Source: a virus | Lineage: Duplodnaviria; Caudoviricetes | Virus record (IMG/VR): IMGVR_UViG_3300032277_000033 | Location: 1-36,060 of that record | Direction: 5' to 3' (one strand) | Length of the DNA stretch: 36,060 nt | Shown: in pieces, positions 34,035-36,060 of the stretch | Layout: each line of letters opens with the position of its first letter | Position numbering within the stretch: the first letter of the stretch is position 1 | Notes under the pieces: generated by a model | Databases searched by the model: none | What the model was told of the DNA's origin: nothing | The model's input: the letters and a program-made list of their open reading frames with translations, nothing else | Made by a program: the position numbers and the translations under genes

Positions 34035-34337
34035 ATGAAAATAGAAGAGTTAGAAGCAGAGCTTAAAAAAATAAGGGCCGATATTCAGTCTAAAAAAAGC
34101 GAGGCAAGACTTATTGAGCGAGATATTGCAAACATTAATTGTCCATTCGTTATTGGTGAGCTGTTAGTAAATAAAGATGGATGTAAGGCAACGGTTGACA
34201 GTATAACTTATTCTTCGTGGAGCGAAGGTTATGAAATTAAGGTTAGAAAGTTAAAGAAAAACGGAGACCCTTATATCAATTCAAGTCATGCGTATGGTTT
34301 TGATAAATGGACGAGTGTAACCCCAATAACCGGATAG
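34035..34337 (+). CDS. hypothetical protein (coiled coil plus SH3-like part)
   Basis: CPF.IGE...KKNG pattern; RBS GAGGA. Confidence 0.7.
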   Translation: MKIEELEAELKKIRADIQSKKSEARLIERDIANINCPFVIGELLVNKDGCKATVDSITYSSWSEGYEIKVRKLKKNGDPYINSSHAYGFDKWTSVTPITG

Positions 34338-34662
34338 ATAAAGGATATAGAAATGACTGACGACGAAGTAAATAAAAAATTATTAGAAGATAGCAGAAGT
34401 TTTATTACTAATATGTATTGGATGTATTCTGGCTATTTAGTGACTGATGGCGAAAAATTTGCTTTCTGTGATGAAGAAGGTGAAAAGATAACTCATTTGC
34501 CATCTTTTATAAAAAGTAAAGCCGATGCAGAAAAATACATAGGAGTGCTTCAGGATAATTATATAAAAGGAATTAAGGCAGGTAAAAATAAATTCAAGCG
34601 CGAACTAAAAGAACTTATATCATTGTAGCAATTAGAGACTATTTAACCCCAATAACCGGATA
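34318..34662 (+). repeat. 19-nt exact direct repeat TAACCCCAATAACCGGATA flanking one gene
   Basis: Copies at 34318-34336 and 34644-34662. Confidence 0.85.
34353..34628 (+). CDS. hypothetical protein
   Basis: RBS AAAGGA. Confidence 0.7.
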   Translation: MTDDEVNKKLLEDSRSFITNMYWMYSGYLVTDGEKFAFCDEEGEKITHLPSFIKSKADAEKYIGVLQDNYIKGIKAGKNKFKRELKELISL

Positions 34663-34706
34663 CTAACAATGAAAGAAGAGTTTAATAAATTAAATTGGAG
34701 AACAAT

Positions 34707-34868
34707 ATGAACAACAAAGTATTAGAAGAGATAAAGAATTTTGCAATCGAAAAGCTAAAAGAGAATTACGGATATTGCGGCTCTGCTGAGTCTGATGAAA
34801 TGGCCATGCTTAACTCAGATGATGACGGGTGTGAGATCAGAATAACCATTAAAGAAGAATTTGAATAG
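34707..34868 (+). CDS. 53-aa hypothetical protein (not in ORF track)
   Basis: MNNKVLEEIKNFAIEKLKENYGYCGSAESDEMAMLNSDDDGCEIRITIKEEFE*; RBS GGAG. Confidence 0.7.
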   Translation: MNNKVLEEIKNFAIEKLKENYGYCGSAESDEMAMLNSDDDGCEIRITIKEEFE

Positions 34869-34907
34869 AGACTGTTTAACAGCAATAGCACTACAAGCAA
34901 AGGATAA

Positions 34908-35108
34908 GTGATGGATGAATTTGAAATTGAGATAGGAGAAGGAAAAAAGAGAGTAAAAATAGTCAAGGACAGGTATTCATTGGGCTTGCTTGTTATGACT
35001 AACGGATTTCAATGGAGTGGGGCCACTATTGGGGACTATTCCCAGTTGGATATGATTATCGAAGCTATAGAAAAATACAAAACAAGGTCAACCAATGAAA
35101 CTGCATAA
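34908..35108 (+). CDS. hypothetical protein
   Basis: RBS AAGGA; NGFQWSG motif. Confidence 0.65.
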   Translation: MMDEFEIEIGEGKKRVKIVKDRYSLGLLVMTNGFQWSGATIGDYSQLDMIIEAIEKYKTRSTNETA

Positions 35109-35226
35109 CAAACTGTACTGTAAAGTTTACTGTAAATTAGTCCCCTATATAGCCGCTATCTTGGCATTAGGTTTATGTTGGTTGTTATTTAAAGGGTTTG
35201 TTCAGCCGTATTATTTACAATTTTAA
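35095..35226 (+). CDS. 43-aa single-TM protein (not in ORF track)
   Basis: MKLHNKLYCKVYCKLVPYIAAILALGLCWLLFKGFVQPYYLQF*. Confidence 0.5.
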   Translation: MKLHNKLYCKVYCKLVPYIAAILALGLCWLLFKGFVQPYYLQF

Positions 35227-35233
35227 GTGAGGT

Positions 35234-35581
35234 GTGGGTGTAATGGATAGTTATCAAGCAGTATATGACGCGGTAAGAAGTAAGTTCGGTTATTTTGATG
35301 GGGATAGTTTAACAACAGCTATTTCTCAACAATTTGATATTTCTTTTGCTGTTGAGTCTGTTAGGCAAGAATATTTAGAAACAGCATATGCACAACAAGA
35401 ACCGAGTGTTCTTTATAGACCGAAAGTTTACCCTGATGGAAATCAATGGTGTGCTTTATATGGTAGAAATCTTGTTGAGGGTGTTTGTGGATTCGGTGAT
35501 ACGCCAGCAGAGGCAATAAATGAATTTAACAAAGCATGGAAAACTGAAACTCTTGAACCAAAGGACAAACCCAATGAATAA
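35234..35581 (+). CDS. conserved phage protein with a HicB-like C-terminal segment (start may be ATG 35243)
   Basis: DGNQWCALYG.NL.EGV.GFGDTPAEA...F. Confidence 0.65.
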   Translation: MGVMDSYQAVYDAVRSKFGYFDGDSLTTAISQQFDISFAVESVRQEYLETAYAQQEPSVLYRPKVYPDGNQWCALYGRNLVEGVCGFGDTPAEAINEFNKAWKTETLEPKDKPNE

Positions 35582-35942
35582 CATGACAGACAGTAAAGAT
35601 ATGCCAGAGGTTTTATATGTTGAATCTTATGTTCCTGATTACAATATACCTAGAAAGTTTATTGCTGAAGAATATGAGACTAAAGGTAGTAAGAAATACC
35701 TCTTAGCTGAAACCAGCATAAGTCTTAACGATATACCAGAAGGCTGTACTCCTGCTGATGCAAAGATGTTGCGTAAGGCTAACCATGACCTTGTTGTTGA
35801 GCATGAAGCCGAACTCAAACAAAAGCAGATTGAGTTACTGGATGAGGTTTACCAAATAATGGTTGAAAATGCCCCGTACTATGTGAAAGAAAGGCGAGTA
35901 AAAGAATTAAAACAGCGTATAAGCCAAGAGGGTGTGAAGTGA
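35574..35942 (+). CDS. hypothetical protein
   Basis: Likely start ATG 35574 (RBS AAGGA); PEGCTPADAKMLRKANH motif. Confidence 0.65.
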   Translation: MNNMTDSKDMPEVLYVESYVPDYNIPRKFIAEEYETKGSKKYLLAETSISLNDIPEGCTPADAKMLRKANHDLVVEHEAELKQKQIELLDEVYQIMVENAPYYVKERRVKELKQRISQEGVK

Positions 35943-36060
35943 TGGAAAATAGATATGGTGTTGATGTCACTTATTTTGAGGCATGGAATGATAGGATTTT
36001 TAATAGCGAGAGTGGGCTAACTAACTACAAGCCAGATGAACTTGCACGAGAATTAGCAAG
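35942..36060 (+). CDS. 5' part of a hypothetical protein (runs off the window edge)
   Basis: MENRYGVDVTYFEAWNDRIFNSESGLTNYKPDELARELA...; start overlaps the upstream stop. Confidence 0.65.
   Translation, partial: MENRYGVDVTYFEAWNDRIFNSESGLTNYKPDELARELA

Overview
The window is most of a tailed-phage genome (podovirus with a T7/BPP-1-type virion) infecting a Gram-negative host, as shown by spanins with a lipobox. It is probably circularly permuted, since partial + strand ORFs sit at both edges. A long minus-strand late operon (about 24612 down to 1160) runs terS, terL, portal, scaffold, major capsid, decoration protein, tail tubular A and B, four internal virion proteins, tail fibre, accessory fibre/tailspike genes and a lysis cassette (DUF5675 protein, holin-like genes, embedded Rz/Rz1-type spanins). 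A divergent intergenic region (24613-25486) holds a C/G tract, short repeats and five perfect phased DnaA boxes. It is followed by small early/accessory genes: a cytosine-MTase-like protein, an HNH, YopX, NinB-like, a replication-initiator-like domain, DUF551, tRNA-Pro and tRNA-Leu. No integrase, DNA polymerase, helicase, RNA polymerase or clear repressor is visible. Most notable: (1) four promoters share a tandem T-N11-A (LysR-type) box architecture; (2) a 126-nt tRNA-like element with an extra D/anticodon-like module lies directly upstream of an RNA ligase; (3) the DnaA-box array; (4) three consecutive tail-region genes share one ~50-aa N-terminal module, one of them standalone; (5) an HNH cassette appears to have inserted into the yopX 3' end; (6) a 16-aa poly-Lys micro-ORF sits in the lysis cassette. 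All family assignments are by eye from motifs and gene order; no database search was run.
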